Shown here: in pieces, positions 17,910 to 28,393 of the stretch | Numbering within the stretch: the stretch's first letter is position 1 | How the letters are laid out: each line of letters opens with the position of its first letter | Origin: a bacterium | GTDB taxonomy: Bacteria; Margulisbacteria; Marinamargulisbacteria; GCA-2716485; JAYNIM01 | Direction: 5' to 3' | DNA length: 64,000 bases | Assembly: GCA_038109055.1 (NCBI GenBank) | Contig: JAYNIM010000003.1 | Location: forward strand, 12,671 to 76,670 | The notes under the pieces: model-generated | Databases searched by the model: none | Told to the model about the DNA's origin: nothing | The model's input: the letters and a program-made list of their open reading frames with translations, nothing else | Program-made: the position numbers and the translations under genes

Positions 17910-18512
17910 TTAGGGACGATAAACTTGATTTAATAAGGCCTCTATTTTTTGCGTTACCTTTTTTGAATCTGGTTTTGTCATAGACCCAAAACGTGCGACT
18001 ATTCGCCCTTCGCGATCTATTAAGAATTTGGTAAAGTTCCATCTAATCGGCTCATGAAAACTAGGGTTATCTTTTTTATTCGTTAGTTTTTGATAAAGGG
18101 GATGTTTGTTTGTTCCTTTGACATGTATCTTTTCAAGTAAGGGAAAGGTCACCTGATAATTTAATTGACAAAATGTTTTGATTTCCTGGGCCGTGCCTGG
18201 TTCTTGATTAGCAAAATCATTGGAAGGGATCCCAATTACTAAAAAACCTTTGTCTTTATAGCGCTCATAAATTGCTTGTAAATCTTTATATTGACTTGTA
18301 AACCCACACTTACTTGCTACGTTAACCATTAATATAAGTTTCCCTTTACATTGATCAAAGTCAAAGGGTTTTCCATTAATATCGTTGATGGAAATATCCT
18401 GAAAAAACTGAGGTGGTGATGGTAATTTTATTTTTTTGGTGGCCTGAACCGTCGCTACCGAAGCTGCGATCCCAATGATAAAGCAACTAGTGATGATTAG
18501 TTTGATTCCCAT
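17910..18512 (-). CDS. gpx: Glutathione peroxidase family protein with an N-terminal signal or anchor
   Basis: LMVNVASKCGFT (catalytic Cys), FLVIGIPSNDFANQEPG and WNFTKFLIDREGRIV. Confidence 0.85.
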   Translation of the reverse strand: MGIKLIITSCFIIGIAASVATVQATKKIKLPSPPQFFQDISINDINGKPFDFDQCKGKLILMVNVASKCGFTSQYKDLQAIYERYKDKGFLVIGIPSNDFANQEPGTAQEIKTFCQLNYQVTFPLLEKIHVKGTNKHPLYQKLTNKKDNPSFHEPIRWNFTKFLIDREGRIVARFGSMTKPDSKKVTQKIEALLNQVYRP

Positions 18513-18610
18513 GTGTCTTTTTCCTTTTTAGTCTATACTAACTTTCACCCTGCTTATGATCAAGCGTTTTTATTCGTAATAGTTTTGGCTTTTTCTATCT
18601 GTGATGATAA

Positions 18611-19510
18611 TTGACAGCTCTTCGTGAGGGCGTGATACTAACAGTAATGGATACTGATGAACTATGTATAGATAGAACTCTCCCTGGTTCCTGTGGGGTA
18701 TTGGGCCTTGGTGTTTTTGATGGTTGTCATTTGGCGCATCAAGAACTGGCCAAACACTGTGATACGCTTTTGAGCCTCTTTCCTCACCCTCGCATGGTTT
18801 TAGGTAATGAAAGCTGCCAATATTTGAGTATGCCTGAGGAACGTAAGGTGTTTTATGAGCGGTCTCTGGTACTCCGCTTTACGCCGGAAGTTGCAACACT
18901 CTCCGCGCTTTCATTTTTAGAAAAACTCTGTCATCAACTGTCGCCAACAGGCTTTGTGGTGGGTTATGATTTTCGCTTTGGTCACCAGCGTGAGGGGGAT
19001 GCGTCATTTTTGCGTGATTGGGCGAAAGACCGCGGACTCAGTTGTCGCATTGTCCCCTGCTTTCGTTATCATGATACTGTAGTTAAAAGTGGTGTAATTA
19101 GAACAGCTATACGTGAAGGCAAGTTTGATTGGGCCGTGACACTCCTTGGCCATCCCTATGTCGTGACAGGTGATGTTATTACAGGCGATGGTCGTGGTAA
19201 GTCTTTGGGATTTCCTACAGCTAATCTTTCTCTAGCGCCAGAGAAGCTACTGCCTGCCCCAGGTGTATATGCTGCACGCCTAATCTCCCCGTTTAAGGAT
19301 CACTCTGCAATCGTATATGTGGGCTCGAAACCGACATTTTCTGGCAAAGGGCAACATCTTGAAGTCCATGTACCTAACTTTGAGGGCTCTCTCTATCATC
19401 AACGCTTACAATTGGGTCTGTATAAACATATTCGTGATGAAAAAGTCTTTGCTTCTCGAGACGCATTGATCTCCCAAATCAAACAAGACCTTGAGGCTCT
19501 TTCAACATGA
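18611..19510 (+). CDS. ribF: Bifunctional riboflavin kinase / FMN adenylyltransferase
   Basis: GVFDGCHLAHQ (FAD synthetase) and GDGRGKSLGFPTANL (riboflavin kinase). The tracked start is TTG; ATG at 18647 is an alternative. Confidence 0.85.
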   Translation: MTALREGVILTVMDTDELCIDRTLPGSCGVLGLGVFDGCHLAHQELAKHCDTLLSLFPHPRMVLGNESCQYLSMPEERKVFYERSLVLRFTPEVATLSALSFLEKLCHQLSPTGFVVGYDFRFGHQREGDASFLRDWAKDRGLSCRIVPCFRYHDTVVKSGVIRTAIREGKFDWAVTLLGHPYVVTGDVITGDGRGKSLGFPTANLSLAPEKLLPAPGVYAARLISPFKDHSAIVYVGSKPTFSGKGQHLEVHVPNFEGSLYHQRLQLGLYKHIRDEKVFASRDALISQIKQDLEALST

Positions 19511-20397
19511 GTACATCACCAGGGCTATGGAAAGCGTGGTTATTGGCGGCTCGACCTCAGACCCTGTTTGTAAGTATCTGTCCAGTATTAATAGCCATCG
19601 TCTTAAGTTTTCGCTTGGCTTCGATTGACTGGTTTGGGAGTGTATGTTGTCTCATGATTGCGCTTTTATTGCAGCTTGCGGCTAATTTTTCTAATGATTA
19701 TTTTGATGCTAAACATGGGGTAGATACGCCGCAGCGAGTGGGCCCTAAACGTGCCACTGCTGAAGGTTGGATATCGGCTAGCTCTATGAAACGAGGCTTT
19801 ATCTTGTGTTTATTAGCGGCCTTTTTACTGGGTTTGATTATCATTTTAAAAGCGGGATGGCTCTTTGCGATATTGGGGGTAGCCGCTATTTTATCTGCAA
19901 TTCTTTATACAGGAGGACCGTTTCCCTATGGCTATTTTGGTTTGGGTGATGTCTTTGCCTTTTTTTTCTTCGGGCCTGTCGCTGTCTGTGGAACGTATTA
20001 TGTGAATGCCTTGGTCTGGTCTGACTATGTGTTTATCTTAAGTGTCGCACCTGGACTACTTGCGACAGCTATTTTGGCTGTTAATAATCTGCGAGATTGT
20101 GATGAAGATACCCTACACAATAAACGAACTCTGGCTGTTTTATTGGGCAAGCGCTTTGTTAAATTTGAATATGCTGTGTGTGTGTGGGTGGCTGCCCTTA
20201 TTCCACTTTATCTTTATTTTCATCACGGCCTTTACCCTTTTACTGTTTTAACGATCATTGTTACTTTTTTGGCAAAAAAACCCTTACGTATGATGTGGGA
20301 TTCTGATGACGCTGATTTGAATGAGGCCCTTGTTAGAACGGCAAAATTGCTTGTAAGTTTTAGTATTTTGTTTACAGTTGGCGTTTTGGCAAATTAA
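19507..20397 (+). CDS. menA: 1,4-dihydroxy-2-naphthoate polyprenyltransferase (UbiA superfamily)
   Basis: Polytopic membrane protein with the NDYFD motif (LQLAANFSNDYFDAKHG) and a second Asp-rich motif (NNLRDCDEDTLHNKRTLAV). Confidence 0.8.
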   Translation: MSTSPGLWKAWLLAARPQTLFVSICPVLIAIVLSFRLASIDWFGSVCCLMIALLLQLAANFSNDYFDAKHGVDTPQRVGPKRATAEGWISASSMKRGFILCLLAAFLLGLIIILKAGWLFAILGVAAILSAILYTGGPFPYGYFGLGDVFAFFFFGPVAVCGTYYVNALVWSDYVFILSVAPGLLATAILAVNNLRDCDEDTLHNKRTLAVLLGKRFVKFEYAVCVWVAALIPLYLYFHHGLYPFTVLTIIVTFLAKKPLRMMWDSDDADLNEALVRTAKLLVSFSILFTVGVLAN

Positions 20398-20402
20398 CGT
20401 TT

Positions 20403-23306
20403 ATGTCTGAACGTGTTTATGTGTATACCCAGGGCTTTGATCAAGGATGGCGTGGTCCTTTTTGGGATATGTTTTTTCAAATTCTTGCCCATAATGGTGC
20501 GAAGGACTGTCTTTTTTTAGTTCCGAGTCATGCCTTTAAACAATCTTTAGTGAGCGAATGTCTGCGTCGATTAGATCATGATATATGCTTGCCTGATTTG
20601 CTGACCTTTGATGAGCTTATTGCCGCCTGTTTTTATGAGCAGGTTGATGCCCATGTCCTAACTGAACAAGGCTGTCTTTCCGCCTGCATGCAAGACAATC
20701 CTCTCCTGTGGCCATCTTCACTACAATCACCTGCGTCTCTTAAAGCATTGCAAGCATTGTGGCAGGATACTCGCCGTTATGGATGGTCGGCTACTACGTA
20801 TAAACGTTGCGAATCGCACCCTTTTCATGAGGCTATTCCTAGGCTTTTTTTAGAGGCCCAACAACGTCTCAAGAGCTACCCCACAAAGCCCCTCTTATCA
20901 CTGTATTATCGTGCTGAGAAAGAGGGGTATTGCTCTTTGTTAGAGTTTGTCGGATCACGCAGTGTTTTTTGTGCTGGGTTTTGGCAACTCCCCCCCTATC
21001 AACAAGCTGTGTTGGATGCTTTGTGGACCTTGCCTGGCGAGCATAGTTTATTGCTGTATTATATTGCGGGTCATTCAGCTTACCAAGCCGCAGTTCCTTG
21101 GATACGTAGGCTTGAAGCTGATTCACGTATTGAATGGCTCTCGGCTGAGTCTCCGTCTTATCGTAAAACTCCCTCGTTGTTTGTAGCAGACCATGTGCAG
21201 CAAGAAGTCGCTCATCTTATCTCTTGGATTTTGTCGGCGCTTCAAAGTCAAACAATTAAATGTCTCGAAGATGTTAGTATTGTGCTGGCGGATTATACTC
21301 GTTATTTGCCTGTTCTAGCCCAAGAAGCCCAAGCAAAGAGCCTGCCCCTTTATTTATCTACACGGTATTTAGAACAACGCCCTCTTGGACGGCTTATCCA
21401 AGCTATCCTAACCTTAAGCTATCCCCTGCAAGATCTCCAGGCTTTTTTGGGCCTCTTTTCTCAGTCTTTATTCCATTCTTTTCAAGGCATCATCCCCTTG
21501 CCATGGTTATGGGAACTCGCTGATTCCATCGGTCGAAAACCTCGTTATTGGCTTGACTGGGAGCGTGCTTTTCACACTGTTCGCAACAAATGTCCAGAAA
21601 TTGAACAGTCGGCGCTTGATTCCCAGCTGGCACTTCTAGACGCATTAAACAAACAGTGTCAGCGTTTTTTTTATGCGCGCTCTATGCATGAGATCATCAC
21701 TGCTTTTGTTACTTTATGGAAGGCGATTGATCTTGATACCTTTGTCTCCACGTTTTCTGAGAGAGATTGCGATTTATTTCGAGCGGATACTGAGGCCTTT
21801 GATGCCTTGCTGTTATCTCTTGAAATCCAAGAATCTCAGCGTATTTTGATGATTGATGGCCCAGAGTCCTGGCAATCTCGCTTGCGTCTGGGTTTATCAC
21901 AGCAGACGGTGAGCTCTCCACATAAAAACGGACTTCGCATCGTGGGTAAATTTGACGCTTTCTTAATCAATACCCCGGTCATTTGGATCTTGGGTTGTGA
22001 ACAAGGTACGTGGCCACAGGCTCCCAGACCCTCTGTTTTTATCTCCTCTCAAACTCGAAAACGGTTGGGCTGGCCCTCTGTTGCTGATCAAGCCTTGGCT
22101 GATCGATATATTTGGGAATCGTTATATCAACATCCTGACGCAGAGGTTATGCTGAGTGTATCTCGTTCACAAAATGACCATAGGCTGTCACTCTGTGACT
22201 GGATATTGCCTGACACCCAACGTCAGGTTCAGACCTGTGTTTCACGTGAAACATCGTTTGTTTTAGCTGAAAAACCAGTCCCTCTTTCAGAAAAACTGAT
22301 TTCTATGAAATCGACTCTTTCACTCTCTAGCTCTGATACTCTCTCTAAAACTGACACTACTCATTCTGTTTATAGTCCGTCTATGCTCGAGTCTTACCAA
22401 CGCTGTCCTCGTGCATTTTACCTTCGTCGTGTACTAAAGGTGCCTGACTCCTCGCCTAGCCAACTAGACATTGCTGATAAAGATTGGGGAGATTTGTTGC
22501 ATGCTGTGATGAAGGAATTTGTCTCTTCATGGCCCTACACATCGCTTTCTAAGGCGGAGAACACCCTCTCTACTCTCTTTAAGGATTATGCACAACGCCT
22601 CTTTCCAGATGATCACTGGCTACACTTTCGCTGTGAGCGTTGGAAAAAAGGTCATGCTTATCTTAAATCTTGGATCTCTCTACTGAGAGAACTCTTTGTT
22701 AATTATAAACCTATTGGCCTTGAAGTTCCTTTGGGGCCTTTCACACAAGAAAGTGAAACTGACTCCTTCTCGGTTTCAGGGCAAGCGGATCTACTTATTC
22801 AGCATCGCGAAAAACCCTTTGTCTTTGTCGTGGATTATAAAACAGGCTCGATGCTTAGCAGCCCGGCAGATCTTCGTCAGGGCAAGTCATTGCAGCTCCC
22901 CCTATACTTACTTGCCTTGCAACACCATCCTGGTTTAGTACTCAATGGAACAAACCTACTTCCTTCTGATGTCCATATTGGAGGGGCTATCTTATTGCAG
23001 TGCCACCGTGAGTTACTCACCCATAAAACCCTCGTCCTATCTCCAGACTGCAAAGAGGACACCCCTTTGTCGGCACCGGGCCCCCGCTCCTATCTCACTT
23101 GGGATGACCACAGTAAACTTGACACCATCTCTATTCTTGATGATATTCATCATGATCTTTCTGAGAATATGTATAGTGAAGATCCTGTTCATGGACGCTC
23201 AAATGCCACCTCTAACCCAACCTTTCGTCAACAAAGCTGTTCATTTTGCTCGTTTCAATGGAGCTGCCAGTATCCCGAACGCTGGAAAGGGGCGCTTGGT
23301 GGATAA
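20403..23306 (+). CDS. addB: AddB-type helicase-nuclease subunit (RecB-family nuclease with Fe-S cysteines)
   Basis: C-terminal PD-(D/E)XK motif (FVFVVDYKTGS). Cysteines YQRCPRAFY...CSFCSFQWSC match the AddB 4Fe-4S staple pattern. No N-terminal Walker A. Immediately upstream of addA. Confidence 0.8.
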   Translation: MSERVYVYTQGFDQGWRGPFWDMFFQILAHNGAKDCLFLVPSHAFKQSLVSECLRRLDHDICLPDLLTFDELIAACFYEQVDAHVLTEQGCLSACMQDNPLLWPSSLQSPASLKALQALWQDTRRYGWSATTYKRCESHPFHEAIPRLFLEAQQRLKSYPTKPLLSLYYRAEKEGYCSLLEFVGSRSVFCAGFWQLPPYQQAVLDALWTLPGEHSLLLYYIAGHSAYQAAVPWIRRLEADSRIEWLSAESPSYRKTPSLFVADHVQQEVAHLISWILSALQSQTIKCLEDVSIVLADYTRYLPVLAQEAQAKSLPLYLSTRYLEQRPLGRLIQAILTLSYPLQDLQAFLGLFSQSLFHSFQGIIPLPWLWELADSIGRKPRYWLDWERAFHTVRNKCPEIEQSALDSQLALLDALNKQCQRFFYARSMHEIITAFVTLWKAIDLDTFVSTFSERDCDLFRADTEAFDALLLSLEIQESQRILMIDGPESWQSRLRLGLSQQTVSSPHKNGLRIVGKFDAFLINTPVIWILGCEQGTWPQAPRPSVFISSQTRKRLGWPSVADQALADRYIWESLYQHPDAEVMLSVSRSQNDHRLSLCDWILPDTQRQVQTCVSRETSFVLAEKPVPLSEKLISMKSTLSLSSSDTLSKTDTTHSVYSPSMLESYQRCPRAFYLRRVLKVPDSSPSQLDIADKDWGDLLHAVMKEFVSSWPYTSLSKAENTLSTLFKDYAQRLFPDDHWLHFRCERWKKGHAYLKSWISLLRELFVNYKPIGLEVPLGPFTQESETDSFSVSGQADLLIQHREKPFVFVVDYKTGSMLSSPADLRQGKSLQLPLYLLALQHHPGLVLNGTNLLPSDVHIGGAILLQCHRELLTHKTLVLSPDCKEDTPLSAPGPRSYLTWDDHSKLDTISILDDIHHDLSENMYSEDPVHGRSNATSNPTFRQQSCSFCSFQWSCQYPERWKGALGG
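22238..22253. other. parS-type palindrome, 16/16 (inside addB)
   Basis: TGTTTCACGTGAAACA, read as codons tgT GTT TCA CGT GAA ACA (CVSRET). Confidence 0.75.
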
Positions 23307-26088
23307 GTGGACCCCTAGCCAAGAACAGGCCATTTTTAATCAGAAACAAAACTTGCTCATTGAGGCGGGTGCAGGGTCGGGAAAAACGGCCGTCCTAGTT
23401 GCCCGTTATTTGGAGTTTTTACGACAAGGGAAGGATATAAGCCCAGAAAACATCTTGGTCCTTACATTTACTAAAAAAGCAGCCTCTGAGCTAAAAACGC
23501 GCATATCGACTTCATTGCTTGATTCGCCTGATCTTTGCCTGGATCGCCATTTTCAGCGAGAGTCATGGATTACAACCATTCATGGATTCTGCAAAGAACT
23601 TTGTGACCGTTATGGGTTTCAAGCCGGTCAGGCGCCTTACCCCTCTATTCTGCAGGATGGGATTATCTCGTCTCATTATTTAGACACTTGTATTACCCAG
23701 GTTCTTTCCACTTCCACTTCAGCCTCTCTCGCTCCCCTCCAACGACTCATGCAGCATATGTCCCTTCATCAATTAACCCGCTCTTTAAAGTCCGCCTTAC
23801 AGTCCCCTTTGAGTATGGAGACCGCTATCTCAGCTATGACCTTACCCCTGACTGGACATGACCTTACTTATGACGAGGCAAGGACCTTTTTCGCTACAAA
23901 AGACCTCACATTAACCCCTTCTAGCTTCACTAGCCTGTCTCTCTCTGTAGATTTTATTTGTTTATATCGTCACATTTGGGAGAGATACTGTCATCTTACT
24001 AGCAGGCTCAATTGTATCAGCCAAGATGATCTTTTACATCGTGCTAAGGCAGTGCTTGAAGACCGAGATATTCGACAGGCCTGCCAGAAACAGTTTCGTC
24101 ACGTGATGATCGATGAATGCCAGGATACAGATCCTTTGCAATGGGAGATCCTTCATGCGCTCTGTGATGATTCAGACCCGCTTCTGCCTAAAAAATTATT
24201 TTTAGTGGGTGATTTAAAACAAGCCATCTATCGTTTTCGTGGTGCCCAATCCCATTTATTCGTCTCCTTCATGAACACATTTTCCAAGCACCCAGACTCT
24301 CAGGTGGTGTCCTTACAAGAGAATTTCCGTTCAACTCAACCTATCATCACACTTGTCAATCATCTATTTTCTCAGCAACTCGATCCTTTTAGCCCCCTTG
24401 TTGCGGTTCATGATTCCTCCCTTAAACATCCCGTATGCTTGGCTCGGCTTGAAACTGACGCGTTTCACGTGAAACATGTCCTCCATTGGGCAACCACACA
24501 ACGTGAACAACTTGACCTCAGCTGGAACGATGTTGCACTTCTATGCCGAAATCGTCGCCAGCTGACTTACTGGAAACAACAGTTCCTTGATGCCCACATC
24601 CCCTGCTGCGAAGACCTTGACCCGTTGACCTATAAACGTGAATGGACCATAGACCTCATTATGCTTGCGCAGGCCCTTATAGACCCCTTTCATCACCAAG
24701 CGTGGCTTCGACTCTGTCAGTCCCGACTGCTCTCTCTCTCGAATGACAGTCTAACTGTGGTCTGTCAGGAGCTGCCCTTGCAGACTAGCTTTTCGTGGCT
24801 GACACGACTTCAGCATCTCCCTTCATCGCCGCTTCTTACACAGTTCCTAAAAAACTATCACACTGCGGCTCAAAAACGTCGCAATGACTCTCTAGCCTCC
24901 GCTGTTTCGCATTTTCTATGCTCTTCCAGCTATATCCTTACCCAAGATGAAAAAGACGCTGAATCCTGCCTCTTACAGACACTTTATAGTCTTCAGTCCC
25001 AAGGGCTATCTGAACTTGAACTCCTCCAAAGTTTGAAAGCGATGACAGAAGGCCGCCTTCCTGCGACTACAGCGCCCATCGCCCCTAAAGGCATTCGACT
25101 TATGACCATGCATGCGTCAAAGGGCCTTGCTTTCCCTATCGTAATTATCCCAGATTGCCAACGCAGCACCTTTCGTGCTGATACTCGATCTTTTTCTATT
25201 AGCCCCTTTGGAATTGCGGCAAGTATTAAAGATGAAAATAAAAAGCAAAATACCTGGCGAGAGTTTATCAAAAGCGAAGAACAAAAGGCTCAGCTTCAAG
25301 AAGAACGTCGCCTCCTCTACGTTGCGATGACCCGCGCAGAGAAAGCCCTTCTTGTTTGCGGTACCCATTCTCGTTATAAAAGTGGCACTTGGTGGGATTT
25401 TATCTTGCCATTTTGTTGTGACAATCACAATACGGATGCCAAAAACATGCATAAAGGTCCCTTCTCGCTCAAGAAAGAACTTCTTAATCAAGGCATCTAC
25501 TACACAGAATCACCCCAACAACCCCTTATTGCCCCATCTACTGACGCCATAACACAGACAGCCCCCATGCTATGGCAGCGAGCTCCTTTCGTTACGCCCG
25601 ATTCATCACTTCCTAATACTCCCACCTCTACAAATCCTTCCTTCAGCCTTCATCAACAAGGTCTCGCAAAGTGGGGAAACTGCGTGCACCGGGCACTTGA
25701 ACTACGCAATCGCCACCCCAAGCGTGATAAAAAAACACTGATTCATCACAGCCTTCAACGTGTCTCCCCCCACTTACAGACATCCTGGACAAAGAAGCTC
25801 CATACTCTATTAGAGCACTATGAAGCACACCCCATCTTCACGGCAGTCTGCCAGGCAGAACGCCGCCTCATTGAACACTCCATCCGTTACATTCATAAGC
25901 AGACGCAGCAGCATTGCCGACTCGACCTTGCCTATCTTCACAATCAAAGGTGGACGATTGTTGATTTTAAAACGGGACGCAGTGATCCAGCGCAACTCGA
26001 GAACTACAAACATGCGCTTCGCTACTGGCTAGGGACGCCCAGCATTGTCATTGAGGCCATGTTTATAAATATCACTTCCTTTGGATGA
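23299..26088 (+). CDS. addA: AddA-type UvrD/Rep helicase-nuclease subunit
   Basis: Helicase motifs AGAGSGKTAVLVARY and TFTKKAASELKTRI, with LVGDLKQAIYRFRGA. C-terminal nuclease RLDLAYLHNQRWTIVDFKTGR. Start placed at GTG 23299 (GTGGATAA overlap with the addB stop). The tracked ORF start at 22945 lies inside addB. Confidence 0.85.
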   Translation: MDKWTPSQEQAIFNQKQNLLIEAGAGSGKTAVLVARYLEFLRQGKDISPENILVLTFTKKAASELKTRISTSLLDSPDLCLDRHFQRESWITTIHGFCKELCDRYGFQAGQAPYPSILQDGIISSHYLDTCITQVLSTSTSASLAPLQRLMQHMSLHQLTRSLKSALQSPLSMETAISAMTLPLTGHDLTYDEARTFFATKDLTLTPSSFTSLSLSVDFICLYRHIWERYCHLTSRLNCISQDDLLHRAKAVLEDRDIRQACQKQFRHVMIDECQDTDPLQWEILHALCDDSDPLLPKKLFLVGDLKQAIYRFRGAQSHLFVSFMNTFSKHPDSQVVSLQENFRSTQPIITLVNHLFSQQLDPFSPLVAVHDSSLKHPVCLARLETDAFHVKHVLHWATTQREQLDLSWNDVALLCRNRRQLTYWKQQFLDAHIPCCEDLDPLTYKREWTIDLIMLAQALIDPFHHQAWLRLCQSRLLSLSNDSLTVVCQELPLQTSFSWLTRLQHLPSSPLLTQFLKNYHTAAQKRRNDSLASAVSHFLCSSSYILTQDEKDAESCLLQTLYSLQSQGLSELELLQSLKAMTEGRLPATTAPIAPKGIRLMTMHASKGLAFPIVIIPDCQRSTFRADTRSFSISPFGIAASIKDENKKQNTWREFIKSEEQKAQLQEERRLLYVAMTRAEKALLVCGTHSRYKSGTWWDFILPFCCDNHNTDAKNMHKGPFSLKKELLNQGIYYTESPQQPLIAPSTDAITQTAPMLWQRAPFVTPDSSLPNTPTSTNPSFSLHQQGLAKWGNCVHRALELRNRHPKRDKKTLIHHSLQRVSPHLQTSWTKKLHTLLEHYEAHPIFTAVCQAERRLIEHSIRYIHKQTQQHCRLDLAYLHNQRWTIVDFKTGRSDPAQLENYKHALRYWLGTPSIVIEAMFINITSFG
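24461..24476. other. parS-type palindrome, 15/16 (inside addA)
   Basis: CGTTTCACGTGAAACA, read as gCG TTT CAC GTG AAA CAt (AFHVKH). This is a different reading frame from the addB copy. Confidence 0.65.
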
Positions 26089-26104
26089 TGTTTCACGTGA
26101 AACA
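26089..26104. other. parS centromere-like site, 16/16
   Basis: TGTTTCACGTGAAACA starts 1 nt after the addA stop codon. Confidence 0.85.
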
Positions 26105-26288
26105 AGCCCTCTACACCTACCCAATCCTTGATACCCTCCTATTTCACAGATAAAATAAATAGAAATGTATATCCCCCCCCGACCTATTAAAATTAGCGAA
26201 CTGTCCCATTTTTTGTTGTTGCCTCGGCAATGCTAACAATACCCCCACACAATCAGCCCCATCCACCCAAAACAAAGTATCCCAAGCT

Positions 26289-27014
26289 ATGCGCAGTCCC
26301 TCACAAGACCCCCCTCAAGAGGCATCAAAAACAGCCGATTCAAAAAAAGAACTGGAACTAGCAACAGCAGTATCCCCACCAGGACCATTAATTGAGCTGC
26401 AAAACATCAGGGGACAGGCAGGGCTCAATGAGGGGCTAAATACATTTTTAAGCGCTCTAGACATCTACGACAAAACGCAGTCTCTAGGTAAATACCACAA
26501 ATTTGCAACAGGCGCCATGAGCACCCTGAGCTTTTTTGGCACGAAAAACAAGGATGGCTTTTGCGCTGATACCATCGAAGATTTATGCAGCAATTATGGC
26601 GTTACGGACTTAACTGAACTAACACCAGTTCAATTACGAGAAATCCTTCAAAAGAACTCAGACCAAGCCATCAGTCCTCAGAAAGCCGGCTCTATTCTCA
26701 GACAAATCATGGCCTTAGGAAGAGATCACTCTCTTCTCGGCTTGACGATCTCAGGGCTCGTAATGGGGGCACAACGTTTTCACCCTGAAACAAAAGGAGG
26801 CGTCCCCATAGAACACAAACGCCACCTTCGCCTCGCCCTCCTCCTACGCATCACCATTTCAATCATTGTCGAGGGCGATCCCCGTAATGAAAACGATGCC
26901 TTCAGTAACATCTTAAACAACTGTATAAAACTACAAGAAAGCTCCCAATTCATTGACTTCTCGAAATGCAAGGCATCAGTTGATAATTATCTAGCAAAAA
27001 GAGACACCCACTAA
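26289..27014 (+). CDS. Hypothetical protein (241 aa), no recognisable domain
   Basis: It is the only long ORF between two perfect parS sites. It has a Pro/Ser/Gln-rich N-terminus. I recognise no motif. Coding status is inferred from length only. Confidence 0.5.
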   Translation: MRSPSQDPPQEASKTADSKKELELATAVSPPGPLIELQNIRGQAGLNEGLNTFLSALDIYDKTQSLGKYHKFATGAMSTLSFFGTKNKDGFCADTIEDLCSNYGVTDLTELTPVQLREILQKNSDQAISPQKAGSILRQIMALGRDHSLLGLTISGLVMGAQRFHPETKGGVPIEHKRHLRLALLLRITISIIVEGDPRNENDAFSNILNNCIKLQESSQFIDFSKCKASVDNYLAKRDTH

Positions 27015-27191
27015 CCGCCTCTCTCTTGAATAAACTGGGCATCTCACATAGAGCACACTCCTTCTTATACGCAAAATCACTTAAAATAAGCCCCATAAAC
27101 CGCACACTCCGGCCACAATCACTTCCCGCCACCTCTCATTAACCAAGACCGCAATTACAGTAAGCCTACATCCCCGCCATTAAGACAACAA

Positions 27192-27207
27192 TGTTTCACG
27201 TGAAACA
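27192..27207. other. parS centromere-like site, 16/16
   Basis: TGTTTCACGTGAAACA. The flank ATGTTTCACGTGAAACAA(G/T)CCCT... is shared with the 26089 copy. Confidence 0.85.
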
Positions 27208-27505
27208 ATCCCTACAATACACCCCCAAAGCTTCACTCCATTATCACCTTAAACACAGTAAAACAATTGGTTAACCACTATAAAAACTCCCGAACGGCCG
27301 ACCATCAACTAACCTTTTTCCAAAAATAAACTAACCATCTATGCTTAGATTACTATAAATACTTCTCTTTTATTACAAATTTATACAGCAAAAAAAAACC
27401 ATGTCTTCACCCATTTCAGCTCAATAAAAACCCGATAGACTATTAATATGGATACTACTTTAGTTATCTTACCTTTATATTTAGCTAACCCTTAACGACT
27501 TTTTC

Positions 27506-27521
27506 AATTTCACGTGAAAAC
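27506..27521. other. Degenerate parS-like site, 12/16
   Basis: AATTTCACGTGAAAAC has the core TTTCACGTGAAA intact. It lies ~80 bp upstream of parA. Confidence 0.4.
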
Positions 27522-27598
27522 AAAATTTTATTTTTAAACGCGTTTACGTTACTATTTAATTGTAAAATACATTGTAAGGACCTAATCATCACCTAACC

Positions 27599-28393
27599 AT
27601 GAGCGCTACTATATTTGCAATTGTGAATCAAAAAGGGGGAGTGGGCAAAACGACCACCGCAGTCAACCTAGCCGCATACCTAGGCCAACAACAAAAGAAA
27701 TGTTTACTTGTTGACTTCGATCCTCAGGGAAATGCTAGCTCCGGTATTGGGGTGCAAACTGAGTCACTGACCTGTGGCATCTATGAGCTTATGATGACCA
27801 GCAAAACACTCCCGGAAACTCTGTGCCCAACCCCATTCAAAACCCTTCACCTACTACCTGCCACCCGTCACCTTGCAGGTGCGGAAATCGAGCTTGTAGA
27901 ACTTCAAAACCGTGAACTATACCTAAAAAATACCCTAGCCCCCCTAGAAGATTACTATGATTACATCATAATAGACTGCTCCCCATCTCTTGGACTCCTT
28001 ACAATCAATGCGTTATGCGCTGCACATAAGGCCATCATTCCATTACAATGTGAATATTTTGCACTTGAAGGCATTGCAGGACTCATCAACACACTTACGC
28101 AGGTAAAAGATACCCTTAACCCGCTCCTAGAAATAGGCGGAATACTCTTAACAATGTTTGATGGACGAACAGCGCTAAATAGACAAGTAGTAGAAAATGC
28201 AAGACAGTTCTTTAAAGATCTTATATTCGACACTTTAATTCCACGAAATATCCGATTAAGCGAAGCACCCAGCCATGGACTTCCGATATCAATCTATAGC
28301 CCAAAATGCAATGGAGCTATCGCTTACCAAGCATTAACAGAGGAGGTATTAAAACGTGCAAAACAAGAACAATACAGCACCGAGACTCGGTAG
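27599..28393 (+). CDS. parA: Chromosome-partitioning ATPase ParA/Soj
   Basis: Deviant Walker A NQKGGVGKTTT, plus DFDPQGNAS and IIIDCSPSLG. Confidence 0.9.
   Translation: MSATIFAIVNQKGGVGKTTTAVNLAAYLGQQQKKCLLVDFDPQGNASSGIGVQTESLTCGIYELMMTSKTLPETLCPTPFKTLHLLPATRHLAGAEIELVELQNRELYLKNTLAPLEDYYDYIIIDCSPSLGLLTINALCAAHKAIIPLQCEYFALEGIAGLINTLTQVKDTLNPLLEIGGILLTMFDGRTALNRQVVENARQFFKDLIFDTLIPRNIRLSEAPSHGLPISIYSPKCNGAIAYQALTEEVLKRAKQEQYSTETR

Noticed and set aside
22945-23298. The tracked ORF 22945..26088 gives addA a 118-aa N-terminal extension that overlaps addB.
   Set aside because: The overlapped stretch is the out-of-frame shadow of the addB nuclease/Fe-S region. Recognisable helicase sequence (WTPSQEQAIF...AGAGSGKT) begins only after GTG 23299, which overlaps the addB stop in a typical coupling arrangement.
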